The notes under the pieces were generated by a model, which made no database searches, was not told the DNA's origin, and saw only the letters and a program-made list of their open reading frames with translations. From NCBI GenBank assembly GCA_048213135.1, contig PS015039.1:101663-136784 (forward strand): a stretch of 35,122 nt of DNA, read 5' to 3'. Of this stretch, positions 11,641-24,432 are shown piece by piece. Position numbers and translations under genes: made by a program. The stretch comes from Reclinomonas americana ATCC 50394 (lineage: Eukaryota). Position 1 is the stretch's first letter; each line of letters starts with the position of its first letter.

Positions 11641-14600
11641 CGTCGCAGTGTCTTATATATCTCACGTTGGTTTTGTTGTCGTGGCAGATTTGCATTTTTG
11701 ACGCACGTGAGATGAAGAGCGACTCGCTCGTTCGCACTATCGGTGGGTACGTGTACTCGGTGTCGCTGTCGGAGAGCAACCCGGCGCTGGTAGCCGTGGG
11801 CGCCGCCGATCGAATGCTACGCACTTGGAACACCGGCAATCCGAGCGATCCGTTCGACAGCCGAGTCATCTGGAAGGGCATTCAAGACAGCGTGCGGGGG
11901 GTGCGTTTTTTTCCCTGCTTTTGTCGTCGCGAAGGTCCAAGTGACAGAGAAGCGTGAGTGCACTCACAGGTGTCGTGGCATCCGCATGAGGATGGCATGC
12001 TGGCGTTCACACTCCTTGGCGGTCGCGTCGGCATCTGCAACGTCTACCAACAGCGCCTCGTCACGTTCAAGTCGTACCATCGAGAAAAGGTGTATGCGCT
12101 GAGCTGGCTGCACAACATTGCGGCAGCAGAGGCCGCCGAGAGCGCTGCAGCTACCGCAGTCGACGAAGCACCACCCGCCGTTGTCACGGAAGCGGAAGTC
12201 GTGGAGAGCACCGAGGGCGCAGAGCCTCCACCTTCAGCGCCAGCCGCCACACCTGCGACCGGAGGAGGGACAGACGGCGATGGAGAGGAGGACGCGGATG
12301 AGGCGATGCGCCCTGCTACTGCAGAAGGGAATGGAGACGAGATAGAGGAGACCAATGGCAGTGGCAGTGGCAGCGGCAGTGGCAGTGGAGCGGCGGCGGC
12401 GGAGGATTCGCAGGATCGTCAGTCGCCACAGGATGCGCGACATGCGTTGCGCAAGTACAGCACCTTTGTGCTCACGACGTGTGCGGAAGGCCGCTTGTTG
12501 GCGCACGTGTCAGCGGAGCCGAAACGGCCGTCGGTGTGGCTGAATCCGTTGCTGGCAGAGTCACTCGGCATGGATGACGCATCTCGATTGGTGAGTCGCG
12601 ACTGTTGGAGTTGATTGGGGTTGCTCCGCTCACACCGCGTGCGTCTTGTGCAGCACATAACGGATGCCGTCGGCAACTCTGCTGGCGACTGCTTGGTGAT
12701 TGGCACGGCGGATGGCTTTGTCCATTTGCTCTCGTTCCCCGAGCTGGAGCTGCGTGCCACTCATCGACCGTCGATCAAAGGCATGAACAAATTCGCGTGG
12801 GGCCTTCGAGGTCTGTTCACTTGTCCATAGTCTCCGTGGAGACTCGTTCCCTAACTCTCTTGCGCTCGTGTTTCAGGTGTGCACGGTGACGTGCTGGCGG
12901 CGGCCGGATCCGATATGCGTGTGTACGTGTACGATACGCGACAATTCAGCGCTCTTGGTGCGTGCAGACAAACTGCAGCAAGTACGATGTGTGGATTCTG
13001 ACCCGCTGTCGACACAGACTTGCTGCGCACATGCACTGGCCACAGCGCCGCCGCGACGTTTGTGTCTTTCTCGATGCTGGAACCCACACTTATTGCGACG
13101 TCGAGTGAGGACCGCACAGTGCAAGTTACCTTTCGTGATCGATCGCCCTTTCTGTCGTCGCCGACTGCTTCTTAGTCGTTGGCGTCATTCTGTAGATTTG
13201 GGACTGGACCGACGGCACACCTGTGGCCAATTATCGGCAGCACACGGGTCGCGTCTTTGGCGTCGAGTGGAGCCTCCTTGCTGCGCACACGCTGTTCTCG
13301 TGCGGCGAGGATCAAATGGTCCGCGCGTGGAAGTACACTGACTGTACGAATCGCACACCACCTGCTCGTTGCGTGCGTGCGTGCACGTTGTACCCTTCGC
13401 ATGGCTGCCACTGACTGAGCCTTGTAGGAAATGAGCGCTCATCGAGCAAGACGTCGGGAAAGTCGAGCGATGAAAAGTACGTGTGCTTGTGCGTGGTGTG
13501 TTGTGAGAGAGTCACCTAATGCACGATCCCTCGTCTGACAGATTGCATGTGTCGGACGAACGGAGTGCTCCTGCCGCCACGCCGTCGTCGGCTGTGGCAG
13601 TGCCCGCGGCACCTGGAGTCGCCCAGGTGGCGGTCCCCGCTGCCGCCGTGGCCCAGTCGCCCCCTGATCCGCCGGCAGTGTCTACCGCCTCTGCCGTCGC
13701 GGCAATGCAGGAGAGCGAGCGCGCTCTCGGCGCCCCGTCAACGGGAAAGCAGCGAAAGGCTCGCTCGTTGTTCCAGCTGTCCAAGGTCGACAACCAGGCA
13801 CGCTCACAGGTTCGCACTGCGTGTAACGCTCTTTCTCGATTTTCCGTGTTCTCTCATGACTCTGCCGCGTTCTACGCCGCACAGGCTCAGCAAGGCTGCA
13901 TGGAGTTGGCGCAGGCGTTGTGCAGTGCGGGAAACCTAGAGTCCGGTGTGACAGCGGTGGTCGACAGCGTCGGCGCAGGCAACGTAGACTTGCAGCTGTT
14001 TGGCAGCGAGCAGGTGCTGTGCAGTCTGCTTGATCGTGAAGGTTCATGGCAGCGTCTGTCTTTCTGGTCACTGTGATCGCCACTCATTCCGTTTGGCTGT
14101 CGATTTGCGCGTGCGCAGCGGAGCAGCACCACAGCGATGGACACGACGAGAGTGGTCATATGCTGCAAGAGTGGTCGCAGGGCCTGGCTGCGACGTTGGA
14201 GCGAGCCGCCGACTCTGGCACCCTGACGGCATCGCTGGTGGCCGCCAGTCCAGCTGGTAACATTGCCGCCATTCTGTTGTGCTTCGTCGTTTGCAAAAAA
14301 AAGTCACTCTGTTTTGCTTGTGTATGCGCGTGTGTACAGTTGGCAAGGAAGTGTGGGAGCGCATGACCTTTTTGTACGCGAAACAGTTGGAGCAGGCGGC
14401 GGACATTCATCGTGCCGCTCTGTACTTTTCGGCGTGCCAGCGGCCACATGAGGCCATTCGTGCGTATGTTAGTGGCGGATACTTTCGTGAGGCGTACGCC
14501 TATGCACGAACGCACTTGTCGCCGACGGACCCCACTGCGCGACGCATACTTGGCGAGTATGCGGCGGCGTTGGTGGCTCGCGACAACTTGGAACAGGCCG

Positions 14601-16403
14601 CGAAATGGTACGCTTGGATTCGCCATACTTCGGCACGTCTGTTTGACTCATGGTGAAGCATGTTGTCGCAGTTTCATGGTTCTTGGCGACGTGGATGCCG
14701 CCGTGACGTGTTTGTCACGAAAGACAGACATGGCGTCGCGCCTGGCATGCGCGCGGGTCGCCCGCGCCCTCGGACACCCGCGTGCCGACGCACTGACACT
14801 CGCTTGGTATGTGCGCTGTGTGTGAAACTCGATGCAATGACACCGTTCTCATCGCATTCGTGCAGCGTTCTGCAACTGCGGCAGCTGGGCGAGTACCGGC
14901 AGGCCCTCGACTACCTCGACGAACTCGATGAGGAGGTGTGTGGTGTCTGTCGCGTGCACGAGAACGTAATGCCTTTCGTCGTACCAACAAGTCGTGTGTG
15001 CAGTCTGTGGCGGCACACGTGCACCGTGCGCTCATTCGCCTCGAGTTGTTTGTTGCGACACGAGATGTGTCGAGCTTGTCCGAGTTGCCGAGTGCGCCGG
15101 AGTGGGAGATCACAGTTCGAAGCGGTGAGAAGGAACAATGTCTTCCGAAGTGCACTCGCATGAATGACTTAGTGTGTGGTCAGGTATGGCGCAGCTGTGC
15201 CGTTTTCCGGATTGTGACGAGTCACCGCAGCACACCAACTTTGTCCGCATCTGTGCGGCTGTGGTCAGCGACTTGGTGTATGCAATCGGCAAGAGCGCGA
15301 TCGATGCGGCTCAGGCGGCACTAGCTACCCTTAGACTCTCTGGCACATCAACGTCGGCCCTCACCGGCCGCTTCTCCAGCCTCGTGTTGCATTGCATTCT
15401 GTGCGTGTCGTCGGGTGTGGTGTGCTCGGCCGAGCCGCTTATGCAGCACTTCACCGAGCTGCTGCGCCTCACGCCGTCGCATGCGCACGTGTTTGCCGAT
15501 CACATCCAACTAGCGTGGCTTCGTCCGCTGCACGGTTCGTGGGTGGGTGCAGTGAGGGGGGATCTCTCGTTGTTTGCTGGCTCACAAGGTCGGCGGACGC
15601 AGAGTGCGCGGTTTCTGCAGTGCATCATGTGGAGGAGGCGTGCCGCGCGGTGCCGTTCACCGGCCTGCTGGCGTTTGGCATGATTGCATTCCTTCGACAC
15701 CTCTTCAAATGTGCTCAAGAGGAGCAACTGCCGTCGTATGCGTGGCGCGTGCCGCAACTGGCGGCCGATGTTTTGCTGCGTGCGCAGACCGCACCCGTGT
15801 CGCATGCCGTCGAGTCGGTGCACTCGCTGGACGCCCTGCGCAGCCAGTACAGGACGTTGTTCATGCGGGCGCAGATTGAACGACACAAGAGGGACGTGAG
15901 CGGAGCAAGCAGCGACGAAAGCAACAGCCGATTGGCCGATCTCGAGGCGCACCTGGAGCGTGTGCAGAGTGATATTGCCGCGGCGGAGACATCGCAAGCG
16001 CAACAGCGAGAACAGCGGGACTCTCTGGCATCACCCTCGACTCCTCTGTTCCCGGACGTGGCTATCTCGGCGACGCTCGTGCTGCTGTTGTGCGAGGCTC
16101 TTGCCGAGAAGCCGCCACTGGTGGGTGCTGGCCGCCTTGTACGTCAAAGTAGCAGACGGTCGACTGACTGTTTTGAGTGGTGGGGTGTGTGTGTGTGTGC
16201 AGGAGGCGACCGACGAGGCGGTGCAGGCCAACGGTGCTGCGGTTGCCGAGGTGGCAGAACGGTGTCGACGTGCGCTGCTGGAGGCAACGTCGCCGTTGGA
16301 GGGCACGCTGCGAGTGGATGAGCTGACGCACGACAAGATGCGGGAACTGCGAGAGCAGTGGTGTTATTGGCTGTCCGAGTCGCCACCGAGTGCGCGGCCG
16401 TGA
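9455..16403 (+). CDS. GEMIN5: Gemin5 (SMN-complex WD40 snRNA-binding protein), about 22 exons
   Basis: N-terminal LLPSPNWY and GLFAFASRNTVFV resemble human Gemin5 LPPSPNWY...GLFGFAARTSVF. Also KSRLWITVQW, WKGIQDSVRG|VSWHPHEDGMLAF, SYHREKVYALSW, multiple WD40 repeats, and a TPR-like region (YAKQLEQAADIHRAALYF...FREAYAYAR). Stop TGA at 16401-16403. Confidence 0.85.
11243..11638. repeat. (GT)n microsatellite(s) in a Gemin5 intron, flanking a short N-gap and low-quality sequence
   Basis: Pure GT runs at about 11243-11312 and 11568-11638, with Ns at 11447-11466. Confidence 0.95.
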
Positions 16404-16858
16404 GTGTGGATGGATGGTTGTGTGCATGCATGCATGTAAGCAAACGATTTAGCAGCATTTCATTGACAACGACACGGTAGGATCTATTTCTGCGCCGCCA
16501 CTCTTGCGAGAGAGCGCGCGACGCTGCCCCCTCTTGCGGGAGGGTTGGCAACACGGATTGGGTTGGTGGGGGGAATTACATCGGGAAAAAACAGGAAAAC
16601 TAGGGGAAATGAATGGAGAGGCACACACACAAAGCAACAGGATGAGATTCGCAACGAGTGTGCGGTGCATCCTCGCCGAGAGGACGCTCACGCACGATGA
16701 TGAAAGAGACGAGTACTACACTGCACATGAAAGAGAATAAGAAGAAGAAAATGAACAGCAAGACAACCAAACAAGTTGATAAGAGAGGAACAGGAACATG
16801 GGATGGGAAGACAAACACCACGAGGTAACGTGGTGAAGCGACGACACTTGCACTCGGC

Positions 16859-17074
16859 CTACGACCACTCCAGCGGGCCCATGTAGTCTGATTCGTCTCC
16901 ATAGCCGAGAGTGTCGCTGCTGCCCCTGTGAGACGACGACAAGTGCATCTGCACGCACACAGGAAGAAATTGAGTCAGGAAATGCGCAAGAAGAAAAAAT
17001 GGTTGCAACGCAAACGCACCCGTAGTGAAGGCAGAACTGGCGGTGCCTGCGGTTGCATCATGGCCGCTGGCATG

Positions 17075-17107
<33 letters not shown>

Positions 17108-19427
17108 AGTTGCAACGGCAGCTGCTGTTGCTGTTGCGGAACCATCATCGGATAATAGAACGACGGCGCTGGGTGGCCCAATGACGGATGCAACGCCATG
17201 CTGGGCATCAGTGGAACACCTCCGTTGACGATCGGGTCGTAGCGCAGATTCGGCAACAGGAGACCTGTCATCTGCATCGACGGCAGCATGCCGGTATGGA
17301 TGCTCGGCAACGTGACCATGTTGGCGGCGCCAGAGGCAGCGGCGCTAGCAGCAGCAGCGGCGGCGGAACCGACAGGTGACAGAGCAGTGGAGGCAGCAGG
17401 AGCCATTCCGTGACCTTGTGGATAGAAGAACGCATCGTCGTAGGCAGGTGTATACAACACCTGCAAACGCAAAACAAAAACATGAGTTGATGGTGCAACA
17501 CAAAAGAGACCATGTCACGCACGTGCTACGCACATCAGCAGGCATTGCAGAATTGTGTTGCACGTCTAGTGGTGGCACGTCGGGTTCGTGGGCATACAGC
17601 GAAGAGCCCACCGCAGGCATGGAGGCAACTAGTGGTGGCGAGGCATTGGCAAACAGCGGCAGCGTCTTGCGCGCTCCGTACCGGCCACCACCGACATTCG
17701 GCGAACCGCGACCGGCGGCAAACTCGGCTCCGTTGGAGGCGCGCGGCGCAGGTGACACGGCAGTGCCTCCGCCCATCACAGGCGGCGAGGCGGTCGTCAT
17801 TTGCACGGCAGGCTGTTTCGGTGATGCGAGAACCTTGGCCCGGGTGGTGGTGGTAGTCGTCGTAGTGGTGGTAGTGGTCGTCGTCTGCGGTGGCTTGGAC
17901 GATCGGCCAGTCTTGTTCGATCGCGCTCCATCGGCGGAGGCGTGGATGCGGTGACGTGAGGACGGAGCTACAGCGGCGGCAGCTGCTGCTGGTGGCGGTT
18001 GTGGTGGTGGTGGTGCCGCTAATTGTGATGTCGCCGATCTGACCACCATGGCCTCCGCGTCATGGACGACCGTCACCCACGGTTCGTGACGGAAACGAGG
18101 CAAGCTCCGTGCCCATTGCAAATGTGACTGCGAGAGCGTAGAGATGAGAGATGTGCGGTATATAGAGCGCAAAAGAGGGCAGCGGTACCTTGATGTGATT
18201 CGTCTCCATGGGCGGATTCGTGGCCGTGCACAGCGCCTCGTCAATGTCGCGCATTCGCAACAGAATCGTCTTCGGACCCACTTCTGTCGGCTCCATTGTG
18301 ACAAGTGCACGCATGAACAGCTCGTGCAGCGCCGGCGTCCACCGGAAGCGCTTCTTCTTGCCACCACCACTCAGCGACTCACCACCGTCGACAGTCTGCA
18401 AGAAACAGAAGGGAGTGCGTGAGTGAGTGGTGTGTGAAATGGCGGCCACTCACTTTACACAAAAGCCCCCTGTCTCTCTTTTCCCGCCTGCTCTCTGAAC
18501 ATGCTGCTGACGGCAGCCTGCACAACTCCGCAAACTCTCTCAAATATGGCAAACCAGCACATGCGTTGCACAATAACGTGTGGTGTGTAACAACGCACAT
18601 TACGAGGGTGACACACAAGAACCGACACACACACGCGTGAGAGAGAAACAGGGAGAGAGAGAAAGAGGAGGCACATGGCACATGTCACACAGCACAGACA
18701 CACAAGGAAAAAAGTAAAGGGGGTTTGCCTTAAAAAGTGGCGCGAGACATGGCGCGTGCCAACATCTCTTATTCCGTCTTTCCCCACACTCTCCCATCCC
18801 CCACTCCCCACACACACACGCACGCACCTCTGCTGTTGACGATGATAATGACGCAGCGGACGCAGCAGCAGCAACACTCGCAGAGACACGCCGGCGCTTG
18901 CGAGACGGTTTGCCTGACGATGGAGGCGGCTCGTACACATGGTCATCCTCCTCCTCCTCCTCCTCGTCACTGTCATCATCCTCGCTGTACGGGTTGAGCG
19001 CGCGCTGGCGGCGGCGGCGACCACCGCGACGAGAGCCATCACTCGAGGAGTGAGAAGTCGGTTGTTGTTGTTGTTGTTGTTGTGGCTGTGGTGTTTTCCC
19101 CGGAGAGGGAGTGGGAGGTGTTGAGTGGATGGTGGAGGTGGGCGGCGACGAGGCAGGTGGAGAGGAGAAGAAAGGAGAAGGAGCGGCAGCCTTTGCAGCA
19201 GCAGAGGAAGCAGACAAGGCGGCCACTGGTGGCTTCTTGGGCTGCTTCTGCTGCTGCTGTGGGCGACGACGAGCAGGAGGAGGAGGAGGCAGAGGAGCAG
19301 CAGCAGAAGGAGGAGGAGGAGGAGTGGAGGGAGTGATGGAGGTGAGAGAACTCCACGAGGAGAGTGGCGGCTCTTGTGTGGTTGTCGGGCCCAGCGCAAA
19401 GAGCGAGCCAATGGTGAAGCGGCGCAT
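16859..19427 (-). CDS. GARP/G2-like (SHAQKY-class) Myb transcription factor with low-complexity flanks
   Basis: Exon about 18190-18395 encodes KKKRFRWTPALHELFMRAL...GPKTILLRM...TNHIK. It splices (GTACCG...CGCAG) to SHLQWAR. Poly-Q/P/T/E tracts flank the domain. Last exon ends PLEWS* (TAG 16859-16861). The start at 19427 (MRRFTIGSLF) is tentative. Confidence 0.8.
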
Positions 19428-19998
19428 CTCGAGAGACACACACACAACGAGAGAGAGAAACGAGACTGAAAGGGGAAGGGGGGCGCGCGCGAGCGCCACA
19501 CACGAGATACGCGGAAAAAATTAGAGGGGCGATGATGAACAAACTGGCGGGCAACAGTAATGAAATCCCAGTCGACGGATACCGCATCTGCCTCCCGCTC
19601 AAATAGGCATTCAGCAGCACACCGTTGCAAAACAGAAGGAATTCACACACAAACACACACGCAAGAAGGAAGAAGCACACCCCGATGAGTGAGGAAGAGA
19701 GGGGGGAGAGACAGCAGGCGGTGCGTCTGAAAAAAGGGGTGCAACAATTAGACGGCCGGAGCTAAAAAAGGTGCGTCCGACCCGCGACATGCGAATCCAC
19801 TGCACAACCGCAGCCGTGCAACTGCTTCTCTCACGTGCACTCTGCTCTCCGCTGCCTCCTCCCCCATCCACGTGCAATGAGAGGGGAAAAAAGTGTGCAA
19901 AGGAACAAGGGAACAAGAAGAAAAGAGCTGCAATTCGTATTCCAGATCCACCCCGTCTACAAACAGTTGGACCCAACTCACACGCGCCCCTCCCAACT

Positions 19999-20643
19999 CT
20001 AACTCACCACTGAGAAGCCTCCGTACATCGCATCGAAACCGGTGGCGGTCGCCGATTCCTCAGCATGATGCTCCTCATACGGCGACAACTTGGCCATGGG
20101 CAGTAATGGGACCGGCACCACATGCACTGCTGTTGGGTACATGCCCATCGCGCCACCGGCACCAAACACTTGCGCGGACGGATGATGATGATGATACGCT
20201 GTAGTGGTGGTCGAGGTGGTGGTCGATGTCGATGAGGGCGCCGGCGGCGGGAAGTGGCGAATCGCCGGTGTCGAAGGCGGAATTGTGGGTGTCGGTATCA
20301 TTGCTTGCGGTGGTGGTGGTGGAGGTGGCGCAAACATGCCACCTGCCTCCGCGGCCGGGTGCAGCAGGTACGCTGTGAGCATGCGTGCAAACGAGGCCGA
20401 TCCCGGACGAATGACTTCGGTTGGTGGTGGTGGTGGTGGTGGTGGTGGTGGTGGTGACAGCGATGGAGGAGGCAGCGATGGATGCGGCAGCAATGGGAAT
20501 GGGGGTTGCGGTGGTGGCAGTTGCAGTGGCAGCGAGGTCACGATGGCCGCAGCCGACGATGGGTTCGACTGCGACTTGGTCGTCTCGCGATCGCGGTCGT
20601 AGGACGGAGGCGGAGGTGACGAAGAGGGTGACGCCGGGGCCAT
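19999..20643 (-). CDS. Pro/Ser/His-rich low-complexity ORF; either a separate small gene or an upstream exon of the Myb gene
   Basis: ORF MAPASPSSSPPPP...GFDAMYGGFSVVS* is preceded by a CA/CT-rich intron with a CACAG acceptor (probable 5'UTR intron, about 20656-20751). A GTGAGT donor sits just before the stop. Confidence 0.45.
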   Translation of the reverse strand: MAPASPSSSPPPPSYDRDRETTKSQSNPSSAAAIVTSLPLQLPPPQPPFPLLPHPSLPPPSLSPPPPPPPPPPPTEVIRPGSASFARMLTAYLLHPAAEAGGMFAPPPPPPPQAMIPTPTIPPSTPAIRHFPPPAPSSTSTTTSTTTTAYHHHHPSAQVFGAGGAMGMYPTAVHVVPVPLLPMAKLSPYEEHHAEESATATGFDAMYGGFSVVS

Positions 20644-21116
20644 GCCACTGGAGCTGTGCAAGAGAGAGAGAGAGAGAGAGAGCGTGTGTGTGTGTGAGCG
20701 ATTGTGTGTGTGCGTGTGTGAGAGAGAGCGTGTGTGTGAGTGTGTGATTCACCAAATCGGCCAAGCGCTATAGTCGATGCGGTGTCGAGTGCATGCAACC
20801 TCTTCTGGTGGGCGTGTCGGCAGTGAGTCTGGCGTGGCGGAGCGGGGATGACGCGTCAACGTATATATGTGTGTATGCGTGTGGTTGCCAATAAGCGACT
20901 TGGTCTTGTCTCTCGACAATCACACTTTTTTTCGGCGAACAATAAAAACACTGAAGTTAGACAGCAAATTCGTGAATCGCGTTCGGATGCGGTTCTTGAT
21001 ACGAAATCAGGGGCCGGTCAGGGGGTTGATCCTGTCAGCGAAGGCACCCTCGGTGGCCGCGATGCAGTGCATCATATATCAGATTGGTATACTGCTCTGC
21101 AACACACACACACAAA

Positions 21117-24100
21117 TCACCTTGCTTCGAGATCATGGCCAGCATCGGCGTCATGTGGCTCATCGGCCCCGACCTCCACTGCACTTCGTGTGGGTGTCGG
21201 CGCCGAGACCAGCACTGGTGGCGCGGTGTAGTACGGCTGCAGCATGCTCAGGTGCGTCGACTGCACGCGTCGCAGCGCCGCCACAGCGCACNNNNNNNNN
21301 NNNNNNNNNNNNNNNNNNNNNNNNNNNNNNNNNNNNNNNNNNNNNNNNNNNNNNNNNNNNNNNNNNNNNNNNNNNNNNNNNNNNNNNNNNNNNNNNNNNN
21401 NNNNNNNNNNNNNNNNNNNNNNNNNNNNNNNNNNNNNNNNNNNNNNNNNNNNNNNNNNNNNNNNNNNNNNNNNNNNNNNNNNNNNNNNNNNNNNNNNNNN
21501 NNNAGGTATTGTTGTATTCCCTCGACATGCAGTGCGGTGGTGGAGGCGGTGGAGGAGGCGTGTGTGTGGATGCTCGAGTGTGTGGTGGCGGCTCGGGGAC
21601 GCACTGTCCGACCACGCGAGGTGCAGTTTCTGGCCCATTCAACCAATCTCCAATTGTTTTCTGACTTGTATCGCAGCCAATCACCACTGGTTTTCGCCTG
21701 CCCAGCCTCGTGGTGGCCGACCACCGCCAGGCCGTCGACGAGGAGGGCTATCGGGATTTTTGCCGGGTGCGTCGCGTGTTCTGATTCCGCAATCGTCTGC
21801 GGATATGGTTGTCAATCGACAATGTCCATACGGGACTTAAAATCGCGCATCTTTTCTTGTTTCCCTCTCTCTCTCTCTCTCCCTCCTCCATATAGTGCCT
21901 CGCCGAGTCGTTCATCCCATTCGTCATCACCTCGGCGGCCAGTCTCTACTCTGGCGTGCTTCCGTCATCGTCGTCATCGTCATCGTCGTCGTCTTCCTCT
22001 TCTTCGGCGATCGATTGGCACACCGCCATGGCGCACGTGGACCCGGCACTNNNNNNNNNNNNNNNNNNNNNNNNNNNNNNNNNNNNNNNNNNNNNNNNNN
22101 NNNNNNNNNNNNNNNNNNNNNNNNNNNNNNNNNNNNNNNNNNNNNNNNNNNNNNNNNNNNNNNNNNNNNNNNNNNNNNNNNNNNNNNNNNNNNNNNNNNN
22201 NNNNNNNNNNNNNNNNNNNNNNNNNNNNNNNNNNNNNNNNNNNNNNNNNNNNNNNNNNNNNNNNNNNNNNNNNNNNNNNNNNNNNNNNNNNNNAAATCGG
22301 GTGGCGTCCAGGATTTTTCAGCGCGAATCCCAGGCAACCGCCAATCACATGCACAAAGGAGATTATTACCGCAGATCATTGAGGGCCTCCAGGAAACCGT
22401 TGGCACACACCGCCAGCGAGTGATGCGCAAGCAGGTCGGTACGCACAGGGTCCTCGCCTGCGGAGAGAGAGTGAGAGAGATAGACATTTTAGACAGATAC
22501 ATACGGAAAATGGCAGCGGGCACCCGACCTCCTTCATGAGCCATCGAGCCCTGCTTGCGGAACGAGTGCGATGCCAACTCCTCCGCAAAATGCTCGCACG
22601 TGCTCTCCAAGCTGCGCTGAAAGAGAGCCACCATTTGCCTCTCGAATGATTTCATCACGAGTGCTGCAAATCGTTGAGAGAGGGTGAGAGGGTGAATGGC
22701 AGATGGAGGAGAGGGAGAGGAAGAGGGAGAGGGCGATGAAGAGAAAGGGGAGAGAGATGCGAAGATGCTGAGGAATATGAAGAGGGATTGCAGCACTGAT
22801 GCAGGAAGAGAGAGAAGGGAGGAGAGAGATAAGGTGGAAGAAGAGAGAGGGTGGGGGAGGGAGAGGGAGATGGACGAAGAGAAAGGGGGAGAGAAATGCG
22901 TAGATGCTGAGGAATATGAAGAAGAACTGCAGCACTGATGCAGGAAGAGATCTTTCACACACCCGTAAAATCCGTGCCGATCCGAGCCAGCGCTGTGGCG
23001 CAGTATACGCACTGTTCGAGCAGACGCGCACACTCGTCGCCTGAACGCAGCATGGGCACGTGTCTGTGTCAAGCAGATGAGTGTGTACGGTGGAGAAGCG
23101 TGATGTCGAAGGCGACTGCCCGTAACTTGTCAAGCTGCTGCACGTACGCCTGTATCATTTCGCCAATCCAGCTATACAAGATGTAGGATACTGTGGGTTG
23201 GTTCTGCACATACAGCGATAAGCACGTGACCATGATACTGCGTGCGGCACAGGGAAAAAAAGGACACAACGGTCGATTGCTGTGCGGTCTCGTCGGAGAA
23301 CACCGACATGTAGTGGTTGGTGACCTCGAAGACGTGCGATTTGAGCACGTCGGTGAGCCGTCGCAGCTGCGGCGCGGTGTGAGCAACGCACACAACCAGC
23401 GGTGCGAGGAGACAGAGAGCGCATACGCACATGCTGCAACGCAGAGTTCGACTCGGCCTCTCGCAACAGCGCAGCGTGGCGCACATTGCGGCACTTGAGG
23501 AAAATCAGGCGCAAGTCGCGCTCACTGAAAAGGCCAATCTTGCGCAGTTGGTTGACCAGCTGTCGCACGACCAACGTGGTGATTCAGAAGGGGGCAGCGA
23601 TCAAGGTGGCGACACAGCAAACACGAGCACAGGCGCAAACCTTGAGGCACGTCGGCAACTCGAGCGGGCCGCACAGATCGGCCAGAATTTGCACCAGCAT
23701 GAACTCGGAGCTCGACTCGATGCTTCGCACCTGCACACGCAGACGGCAAAGCAATGTCACCGACGGAAGCAGCAGCAGCAGCACACGGAGAGGAGAGGAC
23801 AACTCAACAATTTCGCGCAGCACTTGCACATCGGAGAACTTGGCCGCCAGCGTAAACACATAGCCACGCATGTCCAGCGCCTCATCTGGCACTCCGATTG
23901 AGCACAGACACGCAGACGCACAACACACCACAAGCACAGATCATACACACCATACAACTGGTTCCGCACACACGTGTCCATCAGCTGCGGCACCTCCAGC
24001 AGCTCCGTCAACCGCGCACTCTGCTCGTGCAACATGCGCTCCACTCGCTTCTCTCGCTCAATGACCTCCGCCTGTCGCCGGAACGTGGCGCACACCTCCG

Positions 24101-24386
24101 AGAAGCGCGGCAGGTTATCCACGAGTGCATCCACCGAGCGAGTCATGCCAGACAACTTTATGAACGAAAGAATAAGAAGGCTGTGGGGGACGAGGTGACT
24201 GCGGAGGAGAGCACCTGTGTCTGCATGGTCTCACAGACGCGTGAGTTGGCCACAAAGTCGCCACGGTGAGTCACCGCCAGCTCATCCATCTCCTCCTGCA
24301 ATCGCTTGCGTTCATTCTCCAGTCGCACAGGCTCGAGTTCCAAGTCGGCCAGACTGATAAGCGTGTGTGAGAGTGAGTGAGAGCAT

Positions 24387-24432
<46 letters not shown>

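Noticed and set aside
18455-19680. Long overlapping ORFs on both strands
   Set aside because: Expected from GC-rich trinucleotide repeats in the Myb gene; no independent coding signal.
21946-22050. Minus-strand acidic tail AMAVCQSIAEEEEDDDD...TPE* as the COG8 C-terminus
   Set aside because: The + strand reading (CLAESFIPF...poly-Ser) has proper splice sites, COG8 similarity and an exact in-frame join at 21291. The acidic reading is its antisense shadow.
21927-23072. 381-aa ORF and other ORFs running through N-gaps
   Set aside because: These are artefacts of translating Ns and stop-poor introns.
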